DNA of 64,000 nucleotides from Octopus bimaculoides (taxonomy: Eukaryota): the NCBI RefSeq assembly GCF_001194135.2, contig NC_068982.1, positions 68,343,474 to 68,407,473 of the forward strand, given 5' to 3'. Below the pieces are notes generated by a model. The model was not told where the DNA came from. It worked only from the letters and a program-made list of their open reading frames with translations, and made no database searches. A program made the position numbers and the translations under genes. Of this stretch, positions 27,241 through 40,267 are shown piece after piece. Numbering within the stretch: the first letter of the stretch is position 1; each line of letters begins with the position of its first letter.

Positions 27241-28227
27241 CTATAACAGTACTTCTCAAAATGGGCAATATCATCCAGTGGAAATGGTGAAAAATTTTAT
27301 ATTTGTACTAAAGACAAGGAGATTGTGCAGGAAATTTGTGAGGAGGTGGGTTAGTCAATTACATTGACCCCCAGTACTTGACTGGTACTTTATTTTATTC
27401 TTCTTGAAAAGATAAAATACAAATATGACTCCAGCAAGATTTGAACTCAGAACAAATACCTTGAGATATTTTGTCCAAAGCTCTAACAATTCAGTTGTAC
27501 AGTCTTTTTTTTCTTTTTTAGTTTTTGACACGCATTTAAATATTAACTTTCAAAATATAAATTTAAAATGTAATATGGTAAACTGCTTGTTAGCTACAAT
27601 CATAACAGCTATAACTATAACCATAACATCAACAAAAATAACCTCAAAATGTGAATAAGTAAATAAGCAAAACCAAATATATACCAGCTATGTTTATAGA
27701 AGTGTGGTGTTGTTGTAAGCAATCACCTGTATCAAATTAGTACCTGGAATTAAATTATTCTGGCCGGATATTACATCAATTAAAAATGAATGGGAAGGAT
27801 TTGAGTTGTAGCAAGGAGACATTGAAAACGTGTTAGTTATAGAAAAGAGGTCAGAATTAAAAATAGTTTGAGAACACTGCTGTATAGTGTTTAGTTACAT
27901 TGATGTTTTATATATTGACTTGCTAATTTAATTTTTAAGTCTCAGGCTGACACCAAATATGAATTCAATTGGTCTGTTGCAGTTTCGATGACTCAAGATT
28001 TGTTATGTGTGTTATGCATGTATGGCTGTGTGGTTAAGGAGCTGTCTTCCCAACCATGTGGCCCCTGGTTCAGTCCTACTATGTGACACCTTGGACAAGT
28101 GTCTCCTGTGGTCTCTAGGTCTTGTAAGTAAATTTAGTAGGTGGAAACTAGCAGAAACCCAGTGTACGTATGTGTATGCTTGTGTACACACATATGTATA
28201 TACATTTACAAATATACACACTTACAT

Positions 28228-28319
28228 ATGTATATAGCTCAGTTGGTAGAGCATCAGACTTTTATAAGTCAACCTTCAAAGTAATCTGAGGGCCACAAGT
28301 TTGAGACCCTCTGCAGGTG
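28228..28319 (+). pseudogene. tRNA-Lys(TTT) pseudogene with a 19-nt intron (28265-28283)
   Basis: Intact D arm (GCTC/GAGC), intact anticodon stem (TCAGA/TCTGA), TTT at 28261-28263 and intron between positions 37 and 38. The 5' acceptor strand is replaced by TA-type sequence and the T arm is mispaired. Confidence 0.85.
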
Positions 28320-28459
28320 TATGACTTCTTAGGCTCAGGCGTGGCTGTGTGGTAAGAAGCATTCTTCCAAATCACATGGTTTTGGTTTCAGTCCCACTGC
28401 ATGCTACCTTGGGCAGTGTCTGCTACTATAGCCTAGGGCCGACCAAAGCCTTGTGAGGG

Positions 28460-28820
<361 letters not shown>

Positions 28821-29214
28821 GTACCTTTGTTAATGAGCATCACTGCCATAGAAGTGATGTTGTTTGTTTCTAATCTTCCATGGAAAACACTGCTGGTCAC
28901 ATGAAAAAATTACCTTAATTCGAAATCAGCTCGGCTTGGTGACAGGAAAGGGTTCCAGTCATCGAAAATCTGACTCAACAAGATTATGTATTACCCATGC
29001 AAGCCTGAAAAGAAATATTGAGCAGCAGTAATGATGATGATGTATTTTTTGCATTAACAGCGATTTGGGAGCAATGTTGCATATTATTCCTGCATGGTTT
29101 GTATATGAATGGATCAATGGTTCATGGATGTGATTTTTTAAAATTTATTTATTTGTATTTTTCTTTCTTTTTGCCACCCATGCCAACATCGTCTCCTTCA
29201 TTGGACACGAAACT

Positions 29215-29615
29215 CGGCTTGCGAAGACCTGTTGGGGCAAGCAAAAGTGAAATCGTGATGGCATCTGTGCCCAGCATTGCCTTCCTGGCACTTGTGCCGG
29301 TGGCACATGTAAAGACATTCAAGTGAGATCATTACCAGTGCCCCTGGACTGGCTCCTGTGCACGTGGCACGTAAAATACACCATTTTGACCGTGGTCATT
29401 GCCAGTACTGCCTGACTGGCCTTCGTGCTGGTGGCACATAAAAGCACCCACTACACTCTCGGAGTGGTTGACGTTAGGAAGGGCATCCAGCTGTAGAAAC
29501 TCTGCCAGATCAGATTGGAGCCTGGTGCAGCCATCTGGTTCACCAGTCCTCAGTCAAATCGTCCAACCCATGCTAGCGTGGAAAGCGGACATTAAACGAT
29601 GATGATGATGATGAT
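29215..29615 (+). mobile_element. RTE 3' UTR and tail
   Basis: Same tail in sense orientation, ending in (GAT)n. Confidence 0.88.
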
Positions 29616-30249
29616 TTAGTCAGTACCCATGGTTATTTACAGGATTTCTGAGAGGAGGGAAGGTGTGTGCAAACCAGAGATCTGGTCTGAATGCCTGCAA
29701 CTAAGTGGTTTCTACTTAAGGGACTCAAAGTGCCAGATGGTAATGTTTAAAGTAGGTGTTGGGTCAAGTCGGCCATGGTGGGATTTGCACTCCAAGTATA
29801 AAGTGCTGGAACAAATATCATAATGCATTAAGTACAACATTCATGCAGTTCTGACACCCCATGACCCTAGATTGATACGTTTTGTTTTTTACCCTGAAAG
29901 GGTGAAAGGCAAAGTTGATCACTGCAGTGTTTAAACTCAGAGCACAGAGAGATCAAACAAACCCACTGACAACTTTACCAATTTACCAGGCTTGTATAGA
30001 CAAAAGACTGCATCTAAACCTTTACATGTACCTTTACATAAATACATTTATATGTGTCTGTAAGCCTACACCTTTATTCATATACTGACACATGCTTATA
30101 TGCATTCAGACATATTTGCATTTTTGTGAATATTCAAGGTCTACATCTATTATTCTATAATTGCACATTAATATGTTACAGAGCACATGTATATATATAA
30201 ATGTATAGCTTTATGAATACATGATTTTAATTCTGCTCCCATGAGTGTA

Positions 30250-30632
30250 TGAATGTAGAGTGGCTATGTGGTAAGTAGCTTGCTTACCAACCATATGGTT
30301 CTGAGTTCAATCCCACTGCATGGCATCTTGGGCAAGTGTCTTCTACTATAGCCTCAGGCCAACCAAAGCCTTATAAATGGATTTGGTAGACAGAAACTGA
30401 AAGAAGCCTATCATATATGTTTGTGTGTCTGTGTTTGTTCCCCCACCCCACCCCACCATTGCTTGACAACCGATGTTGGTGTGTTTATGATCCCTGTAAC
30501 TTAGCAGTTCAACAAAAGAGACTGATAGAATAAGTACTAGACTTACAAAGAATAAGTCCTGGGTCGAGGTGTTCAACTAAAGGCAGTGTTCTAGCATGGC
30601 TGCAGTCAAATGACTGAAACAAACAAAAGAAA
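30250..30632 (+). mobile_element. Type C SINE
   Basis: Colinear with 50788-51166. Confidence 0.9.
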
Positions 30633-31109
30633 GGAATATGTAAATATACAAAGTTGAATGGCAAGTTTAACTACTTGAATTGTTTGTTATTTATTCACCT
30701 CAACACTAACATAATTTATTTCATTACAACTCTTTTTGTAGCTCTATCTAAAGAATAACAGCCTTTCTTTATTCTTATTCTTATGTCTGTCCAACTAGTA
30801 AGTGCCATAAAGTAGAACAGCAGATAGAGGCCAATGTGATTTTAAAAATAGTTTTAGAAGCCCATTGAATGGCTGTGCATATAAGTTGCTTGACTACTAA
30901 CTACATAGTCAAGTGTTCAAACTCCACTATAGCTATTGTATTGGATCCCTAGGCAATATCATTACTTTAAACAAACATTTAAATCAGCTCAAATATGTTT
31001 ACAATGCCAACCTAGGTTAGGACAAAATATTATACTAAGCATATAGATAGAAATGAATTCACTGTTCCACCTAGCTGTTGGTATTTTTAATACTTACTGC
31101 TGAAGGCCA

Positions 31110-31560
31110 GTAATACTTACTGCCTGCTCCACTTGTTGTAGCTCTTCGCTATTTATTTGTAGTGGAACAACTCACTTCTCTCGCTCAGGGTGTCCTCCAC
31201 AACAATCTTATTCAGTGAGCTCACTTTAGAGAAAGACCTCAAGGTTGCCCTCTTCGAAGATACAAGGACCAACTCAAAGCAACTCTGAAGGCCACTGGAA
31301 TTGAGCCTTAATCATTTGAAACACAAGCCCGAGACTGTATCAGGTGGCAAAGTTCCATCACCATTGGAACCAAAAACTTCAAAGCCAACAGAAGAGAAAA
31401 TGAAGAAATCAAACAACAGGAGAGAAAAGCTTGACAAAATCAACTTTGTCCTCCACCAACATTACCATGCAGTCAATGCCATTGACTCCTCTTTGCAAGA
31501 ACTGATCTACAGACATCAATGCCATTATCATAAAGAAAGCATTCAGCAAAGAAGAAAATA
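31110..31560 (+). mobile_element. BovB-like RTE C-terminal fragment of a third family
   Basis: ILFSEL..RPQGCPLRRYKDQLKATLKATGIEP*SFETQARDCIRWQSSI. Confidence 0.7.
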
Positions 31561-31593
31561 AATACTTGGATACAAGATAAAGCTGCCTATGAC

Positions 31594-31637
<44 letters not shown>

Positions 31638-31958
31638 GAGCACTCCATCGGTTACGACGACGAAGGTCCCAGCTGATACGATCAACGGAACAGCTTGCTC
31701 GTGAAATTAACGTGCAAGTGACTGAGCAACCCACAGACACGTGTACCCCTAATGTAGTTAGTTCTCAGGGAAACTCAGCGTGACACAGTGACAAGGCCGG
31801 ACCTTTGAAATACAGGTACTAGTCATTTTTACCAGTTGAGTGGACTGGAGCAATGTGAAATAAAGTGTCTTACTCAAGGACACAATGCATCGCCGGGAAT
31901 TGAACTCACAACCTTACGACTGTGAGCCGAATGCCCTAACCACTAAGCCACGCGCCTT

Positions 31959-31960
<2 letters not shown>
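31638..31960 (-). mobile_element. tRNA-headed SINE, type B (CORE-like centre plus the type A 3' module)
   Basis: A box TGGCTTAGTGG and B box GTTCAATTCCC. The 3' 160 bp aligns with type A. Confidence 0.88.
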
Positions 31961-32015
<55 letters not shown>

Positions 32016-34299
32016 GATGGACTTTCACACAGTTTCCATCTACTAAATCCATTCACAAGGCATTGCTCAGTTAGGATGGGGGGCTATAATAGAAATCACT
32101 TACTTAAGATGTCTCACAATGGGAGTGAGCCCAAAACTGCAAAGCAGGTTTCTTAACCACATTTTTGTTTTTACTCATATGGACTTCTTTTGTTTCAAAA
32201 TTTATGTAAAATATCAGAAAAACAAGAGCTAAAAATAAAAAACTAAAACAGATTGTTCACTTTTACAAATGAAACCTACCTTAAAGATATTAGACTTTTT
32301 CTTGTTTTCTGTTTGTTTGTTTTTATTATTATTTTGTCATTTTTATGTCAACCAGTTCCTTGAAACTAGTCTAAGTTTCATAGTCAGACTGAAATGTGCT
32401 GCTTGATTAGCAAGTTTCTAATAGTGAGTATAAAGAGTTTGCTCCGAAAAGCCTTTTGTGTTTGAATAATAACAATGAGAAACATGGTAAGCTTGCAAGA
32501 AATTGAAGCTGAAAGGAGACAGAAAGTATACTGAAGGAGAAATCTGAACAATGCACAGACAGTGCACACTCATACATTGGCAATGTGAATGCATCATCAT
32601 CATCATTGTCATCATATTCCTCATAATTTATATGAACATCATCATCATTGTCATCATTATCATTATCATCATTATTTGAGATAAAGATACAGAGTTTGCA
32701 GTGTCAAACAAGGTATTGTTAAAACAGTGTTAACTAGTTGGACATTCGAAAGCTTTGATAACCAGGTGCTGTTGTTATTGTTGTTGTTTCTACTACTACT
32801 ACTACTGCTGTTGTTTGTCTTCTAAATCTTGTTAAAGCTGTTTCAGTGGGAAGCAGCAGATATGCAATAAATTTGCAAACGAAAAATTGAAACACTAGAT
32901 AGGTTGACAGTTACAAAGCATTTTGTCAGGGATGTTTAAATGATGTAAGTTTCGTCATCATTGTCATCATCATCATCATTTAATGTCCATTGTCCATGCT
33001 GGCATGGGTTGGACAGTCCACCTAGAACTGGCAAGCTGAGAAGCTGCACCAGGTTCCAGTCGAATTTGGCATGCCCTTTCTAATACCAATCACTTGACAG
33101 TGTGTGCTGGGTGCTTTCTATGTGGCACCACACAAGCGATTTTACATGGTACCGGCATGTCTTATACTTGTTTCAATGCAGAGGACTGCAGTTATTCTGG
33201 AACACTGCCTTATACTGTTATTCAAACAAATCAACCCCCAGTACTTATTTTAAGATTCTTTTATCAAACTGCAAAGTTACAAAGAATATAAATAATCAAT
33301 TGTGAAGCAGTGGAGGGGTACAGGCACAAAGACACACACATAGATATAAACAGGCTTTTGTATAGTTTCTGTTTACCAAATTCACTCACAAGGCATTGGT
33401 TGGCCTGGACATATAATAGAAGACACTTATTCAAGATGTCATTCAGTAGGACTGAACCTAAAACCATGTGGTTGTAAGTAAGCTTCCTAACCACACAACC
33501 ATGTCTGCACTTGTTCAAGAAGAATAGCGAGTGCTCACCTTGTGGCCTTCAAAGGCCCTCCACGACCAATACAATTGAAGCAACACCCACTAGAAAAATA
33601 CAAACAATGAGAGAATTCCGGAAGGTTGACATTCTCGGTGGGAAGGACTGGGCATCAGGATTACAGTGTCTCAATTACTTACTTTGATTTATTTAGTCTT
33701 TGTTCTATTGATCATTTAAAACTTTATGAAATACATGAAAGGGTACTAATTATAAGTGTTAGAAATGTCAAGAATGTTCTACGTTGTGTAATGTAGTAGG
33801 CACACCAGATGCACAAAATAAATATCAAACTTGGTTTAGCTTTCATTACATTCTTTTACTTGTTTCAGTCATTGAACTGTGGCCATGCTGGAGCACTGCC
33901 TTGAAGGGTTTTAGTCGAACAAATCAACCCCAGAACTTATTTTATTGGTCTCTTTTGCTGAACCACTAAATTATGGGGACATTAACACACCAACACCAGT
34001 TATCAAGCGGTGATGGGTCGAGGGACAAGCACAAAGACACACACACATAGATATATAGGGTGTGATGAATAAATTTTTGTCTAAATTACACAAAAATGAA
34101 AATAACACTGACATCTCATTTTAACAGATATATTACATAAAAATATCTTGAAATACTAAAGAGTAAATTTATTCAATAAATTACCTTTATCTCTTCCCTA
34201 CCTCAAATTTTAATACCCTGTATCTTTAAATGTAAGTTATATATTTCTTATCATTTTCTATAAATTCTTATTATTTTGTTTTCTTACTTTGATACCCTT

Positions 34300-34587
34300 A
34301 CCTGTTAACTTCTTATCCCTTAAAGTTGTTACTGTTCTTAAATAGAGATTTTTCAGCTACTAGGTCTATGCAAGATGGTTATACTATATCCATACAAACG
34401 TATAAATATTTGTATATGTGTATATATGCATATATGTGCATAACCTATTAACCTCTTATCCCTTATAAATTGTTATTTTTGTTCGTAAATAGATACTTTT
34501 TAGTTACTTAAATCTATGCAAGATGGTTATACTGTATCCATATAAACATATAAATATTTGTGTATGTATGTATGCATGTGTGCACAT
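34300..34587. repeat. Diverged two-copy tandem duplication of a unit of about 143 bp
   Basis: Units start at 34300 and 34443 and share tctatgcaagatggttatact..tataaatatttg. Confidence 0.88.
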
Positions 34588-34607
34588 TTACTACATATGT
34601 GGGAAAT

Positions 34608-34800
34608 TCTGTCTGTGGGTGTGTTTGTGGAGTTGTTAGCTAACTCCTCCCACATCATTTTATCGATTTTGCTGAAACTTGACACGTGAGTAGAACTCAT
34701 GTCTGGAAACCTCATGGCATACTCAGATTGTTGAAAAAAATCGATAATAGGGCCCCTGGAAGGGTTCCTTATATATATCTAATATATTTTATTTTAAAAA
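34608..34800. mobile_element. Possible Helitron/HINE-like non-autonomous fragment
   Basis: tgtctgt..ttttatcgattttgctgaaacttgacac resembles a motif common in such elements. Recall only. Confidence 0.3.
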
Positions 34801-35130
34801 CCAAGGGAAATAACCCATTCATTTTCCTAAATTATTTGGTAAAAATGAAATTGAGTATGCTTATTTCTTAGTATTTGAACTGTTAAAGTTATTTTCCCAA
34901 TTTATCCAGAACAACCCTTAAACAAGTAAATAGTATTTTCCTAAACAATAGATCCACTTATTTCGCGAATATACCAACACTAGCGCCCCTAAGGGTAATA
35001 TTCTCTGGGAACAAACAAAAGCCCTTTTCAGAGTTATTTACTTTGAATTGTTATTATCTCATATCTGGTTACCTATTATTACATAGCATGCTTCATGATT
35101 TTGATGATGATTATGGCCCTCTGCCATTAG

Positions 35131-35277
35131 AATCTGACAAGTCATCTATAAAGTTAAGCACTTTATGGTGGCAAAACCATTGGTCACTCTATGACCGGAC
35201 ATATATTTAACTGCATGTTAATATATTACTGCTCTATTCTTTAGAGTAGGCTTCATTTCCGGATATATGATCCACTG
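35131..35277 (+). mobile_element. Single copy of the same hammerhead-bearing repeat
   Basis: Aligns to 20480-20625. Core reads CTGACAA...C-AAAA-CCATTGG-TC. Followed by (TA)n. Confidence 0.75.
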
Positions 35278-36448
35278 CCTCTCTCTATACATATATATAT
35301 ATATATATATATGTCTTCACCATATCATCATCAATAACTTTACACTGCAACAACAAAGTGTCTGTTAGTGCATGATTGGCTTCAGAGGTGGGGAAAAATG
35401 GGAATTGTGACTTTCACGTCTTTCCTAAGGACAATTAATGATTTATATTTATAAAAATCAATATAAAGCACCATTGTACTAGTATATGCTGTCTAAAAAG
35501 TCACCACTACCACTACATACACTTCCCAGCCACGTCTCTTTTGCTTTCTTTTCATATCATTTCATCTGATATTAAATGGAATATTTGTTGCCAAAGTGTT
35601 TTATTTCGTGGACTTATGTATCGATCTATAAATGTTCTTTGAATTTCTAACAGCTTCATGAAAGAAAATTACATTTCACGATGAAGAAGAAGACAGAAAA
35701 AATATAAACATGCCAAAGAAAACTATTCACCATTAGGATTATAGAATTATAGAACAATACAATAATGTATATTTTCATGTTTGAATATATGTGTGTGTGT
35801 GTGTGGACATACTTATTCTATACATAATAGTGCGTCTTCATCAAGACAGAACAAGTAACTGTAAAATACGAATGTATTTCTTTTTAATTAAATAGAAAAC
35901 TGAAATGAGACAAAATTTCCTTAAATCAATATGTGCTATATGTGTGTGTATGTGTGTGTGAGAGAGAAGTGGGTGCATGAAGAAGTGTGTGTGTGTTGAA
36001 GTGTTTAGGGAGGGATGTGTGTGTTGGAAAGGATATTTATGTAGGGAGGGAGGGGTGCTGGAAGTGATGTGTACGGAGGGACATGTATTCATCAAAGATT
36101 TATGTAGGTGTGTGTGTAAGCATTTAGGGAGTGATGTGTCTATACATTGAGAGGGTTGTGTTTGTTGAGGGATGTGTGTGGGTGAGCATTTTGCATATTT
36201 TATGTCTGCTGAATATAGTATTTAGAAAACCAATTGGAAATATGTTGTATCAGTTATTTATATTTTCATCTTACTTTAGCTAAATATTTGTTTCAAAAGA
36301 AATGGGTTAATCTTGCGTAAGCCAAGTTTTTCCTATTTCTTGTAATAATGAATCTAATATATACTGCTATTTTACAGTTTATGTGTGTGTGTGAGAGAGA
36401 GGAGCAGAGAGAGAGAGTGTGTGTGCATATGAGTATGTGTGAGAGTGA

Positions 36449-36486
<38 letters not shown>

Positions 36487-36687
36487 TCTAGTAAAGACAT
36501 TTCAACCACTATGCCATTCGGCAGTTTTGTGCCATATATAGTCCACATGTGGTATGAGGCTTTCAGGTCTGGCAGAAAATACCAGAATATTTAGAAAACT
36601 TGAAGCATTTTAATGAACTGCATCAGTACATGTGTAGTTGTTTGTGCCAAAATGCAATATGTAAACCCATCTAATACTCATACATAT

Positions 36688-37345
36688 CATCATCATTTAA
36701 CGTCCATTGTCCATACTGGCATGGGCTGGAGGGTTTGACTGGGCTGGCTCGCTGAAACGCTGTGCCAGATTCCAGTCTGATTTGGCATGGTTTTCTACAG
36801 CCCTTCCTAACACCAACCACTCCAAGAGTGTAATGGCTGCTCTTACATTCCACCAGCACAGGTGCCATTTGCATGACACTGGTATCTGCCATGACTGCAA
36901 TTTAGTTTAACTTGATGGGTCTTCTTCCCAAGCACAACATAATGCCAAAGGTCTTGGTCATTGCCTCTGTGAGGCCCAACACTCAAAGGGAACTCAGCCA
37001 CTTTGCCTCCATCAGGCCCAACGTTCAAAAGATGTTCTTTACATGCCACCAGCATAGGTGCACTTGGCTTGATGGGTCCTTTCAAGCACGAGTCACTAGT
37101 CATTGCCTCTGTGAGGCTCAAAGTTCAAAGATCATGCTTCACCACCTCATCCCATGTTTTCTTGGGTCTACCTCTGCCACAGGTTCCCTCCATTGTTAGA
37201 GATTGGCACTTCTTCACACAGCTGTCCTCATCCATACACATCACATGACCATACCAGCACAGTCATCTCTCTTGCACACCCCTTCTGATTCCTCTTATGC
37301 CTATCTTTTCTCTCAAGATACTTACACTCTGTCGAACTTGCACAC
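36688..37345 (-). mobile_element. RTE 3' fragment (ORF C-terminus and 3' UTR)
   Basis: Colinear with 3513-4270 and has the same tail. Confidence 0.88.
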
Positions 37346-37651
37346 TGACATTGCAATATATATATAATGAATTTTTTGATAAGCTGATGATATGCCATAA
37401 CACTTTTAGCACCTTATATAGTTCATCATCATCATCATCATTTGGGTGTCTACTTTTCTATGCTTACATGGGTAAGATGGAATTCATTGAGATAGACTTT
37501 TTTATGGTCCTTCCTGTTGCCAACCCTCACCTGTTTCTTAGTAAAGTGCCCAAACCTGATTTCACAGATGGGAAATGAATGGCACCACATTACAACTAAC
37601 ACCATGTGAAGACAAGAGAATATGCGCCCATTCACACAATTACATATGCAT

Positions 37652-37687
<36 letters not shown>

Positions 37688-37728
37688 TTCTTTTATTTCT
37701 TTTACTTGTTTCAGTCGTTTGACTGTGA

Positions 37729-38286
37729 NNNNNNNNNNNNNNNNNNNNNNNNNNNNNNNNNNNNNNNNNNNNNNNNNNNNNNNNNNNNNNNNNNNNNNNN
37801 NNNNNNNNNNNNNNNNNNNNNNNNNNNNNNNNNNNNNNNNNNNNNNNNNNNNNNNNNNNNNNNNNNNNNNNNNNNNNNNNNNNNNNNNNNNNNNNNNNNN
37901 NNNNNNNNNNNNNNNNNNNNNNNNNNNNNNNNNNNNNNNNNNNNNNNNNNNNNNNNNNNNNNNNNNNNNNNNNNNNNNNNNNNNNNNNNNNNNNNNNNNN
38001 NNNNNNNNNNNNNNNNNNNNNNNNNNNNNNNNNNNNNNNNNNNNNNNNNNNNNNNNNNNNNNNNNNNNNNNNNNNNNNNNNNNNNNNNNNNNNNNNNNNN
38101 NNNNNNNNNNNNNNNNNNNNNNNNNNNNNNNNNNNNNNNNNNNNNNNNNNNNNNNNNNNNNNNNNNNNNNNNNNNNNNNNNNNNNNNNNNNNNNNNNNNN
38201 NNNNNNNNNNNNNNNNNNNNNNNNNNNNNNNNNNNNNNNNNNNNNNNNNNNNNNNNNNNNNNNNNNNNNNNNNNNNNNNNNNNNNN
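37729..38286. other. Assembly gap
   Basis: N run. Confidence 1.
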
Positions 38287-38761
38287 CACTTAGATTTTAA
38301 ATGTTGTCACAGCAGTAATATGTCCATTCTACTGAAATGAAATTTTCAGTAAATTTTCTATATATTTGTGCAGCTGAAGATTGCTCTGCATTTTGCATTT
38401 AATGTAATGCTTGCATTACTTAAATAAATGCAGTAGCATGAAACGTGCGTACTGCAATAACCTTTAAAATTCGTGTTGCTTTTTTGATTTTTGATCACCT
38501 TGTTTTTGGAATTGTTTGGATAATACCATACTATATTCTGGTGCCTAAACTTAAGTGCCACATTCAATTTTGAATCTAAATTTTTTATAGATATATATAT
38601 ATTTATATGACAGGCTTCTTTCTATTTCCACCTACCAAATCCACTCACAAGGCTTTGGTGAGCCTGAATCTATAGTAGAAGACTCTTGCCCAAGGTGCCA
38701 GGAAGTGGGACTGAACCCAGAACTATATGCTTGGGAAGCAACCTTCTTACCTCACAGCCAC

Positions 38762-39214
38762 TATAAAGAAAGATAGGAGATATGAGATGAATATATTTAT
38801 TGTGCCAGTTGATATCCATAAGATAACTATCATTTTACAGCCAACATCATAGAAAATGATTGATTATAGTGTATGATATATGCTAATACAGAATGTAAAA
38901 TAATTTAAGTTATAAATTATATCATACTATTGTATATAGTACTATTATATATTGTATTATATATAATATTAGATATTGTATTATATATACTATTGTATAT
39001 ATAGTACTGTTGTAGTGTGTATATTATAAATTATATAGTACCTTATAAATTGTACAATATAATTTATGAAATATACACTAATACAGACATGTAAAATAAT
39101 CTATTATACACTAAAATAAATTACTTTTCTATGATGCTGGCTGTGAAACAATCGTAATCTTATGGATATCAACTAGGGAAATAAATATATTCATCTCCTA
39201 CCACTTCCTTTATA
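38762..39214. mobile_element. Foldback/MITE with about 95-bp imperfect TIRs and an AT-rich core
   Basis: gagatgaatatatttatt..agttgatatccataa..acagcca.catcatagaaaa occurs at both ends in inverted orientation, with TATA at both boundaries. Confidence 0.8.
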
Positions 39215-39916
39215 TTTTATATACTCCTAATGAAATAATCATTACTAGTTGGATTTAATGGATTGCAACTGCATTGGATATACACTACACCCTTTATACG
39301 TTGGATATACATTACATCCTTTTGTTTTATAATAATTTACTCTGTAGTTTGTAGCTTGATCCACTAAAGGAGCTTTTTGTGGGCACCACCAGATTAGTTA
39401 AATGCATATATTGTGCATTAAATTTATGTCTGTGCAACAAGCTTTTTTCAGTTACTGTCTGCCAAATTCACTCACAAAGCTTTGGTGGGCCCATAAAAGC
39501 TGTTACACTGTGACTGAACCCAAAATCATGTGGCTGGGAAGCAAACTTCTTAACCACATAGCCATAGATCACATAAATTTAAAACATGTTGCAAAGTAAT
39601 GAAGATTGTTCTTTAGTTTTACAGAGTACAAGATATCCTCAGTTGTGTTCATGCCATGATAAAATACACCTAGTATACTATTCTGTAAAGTCTTTGGTGA
39701 ATGAACAAGGATAGTGTAGGGTTGAGAAGACTCTTGTTTGTCAAAGATATAACAATCTCTCTTGTCTAGTAACATCAAAGATCTCAGATTTTTCTTAGTT
39801 TTTTTTACAGAAATCCATTCTAAACATCAAAAAAAGTTACACAATGTACACTGGCTTTTATAACAAACACCATTTAACATGCTCCAGGTGACAAAGACTA
39901 ACATCTAGCATATATA

Positions 39917-39947
<31 letters not shown>

Positions 39948-40204
39948 ATCTTCTTTCGGTTTGTATTGGGGAAGGATATAAGCATAGGTGAGAAAACCCC
40001 AAAACTGGTGCTTTACAGTTGAAGTTCCTGAAAATATTTGTTCTGCATTGAACTACAGACACTCCCTTAACATTAGAAATACAATTTACCCATAATTCAT
40101 ACATTGGAAACTGTAACCAATGAATTTTTTTCCCCCATAAATTGTAAAATAAAATATGTATAATAAGTATGTATGTGTATCTGTGTTCACATAAAAATAT
40201 TTAT

Positions 40205-40227
40205 GTATTTCTTTTTTATATTTCAGA
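40205..40227 (+). promoter_or_regulatory. Splice acceptor of a 5'-UTR intron of TMEM45 (exon starts 40227, 41 nt before the ATG)
   Basis: Pyrimidine tract tatttcttttttatatttcAG|attg. The upstream exon was not identified. Confidence 0.7.
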
Positions 40228-40267
40228 TTGTGATACTGCTTCACTGTCTTCTAGTAGACATTGAAAA

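Noticed and set aside
32440-32493. Plus-strand donor ATG|GTAAGC as a candidate TMEM45 5' exon
   Set aside because: No promoter or acceptor evidence, so it cannot be distinguished from chance.
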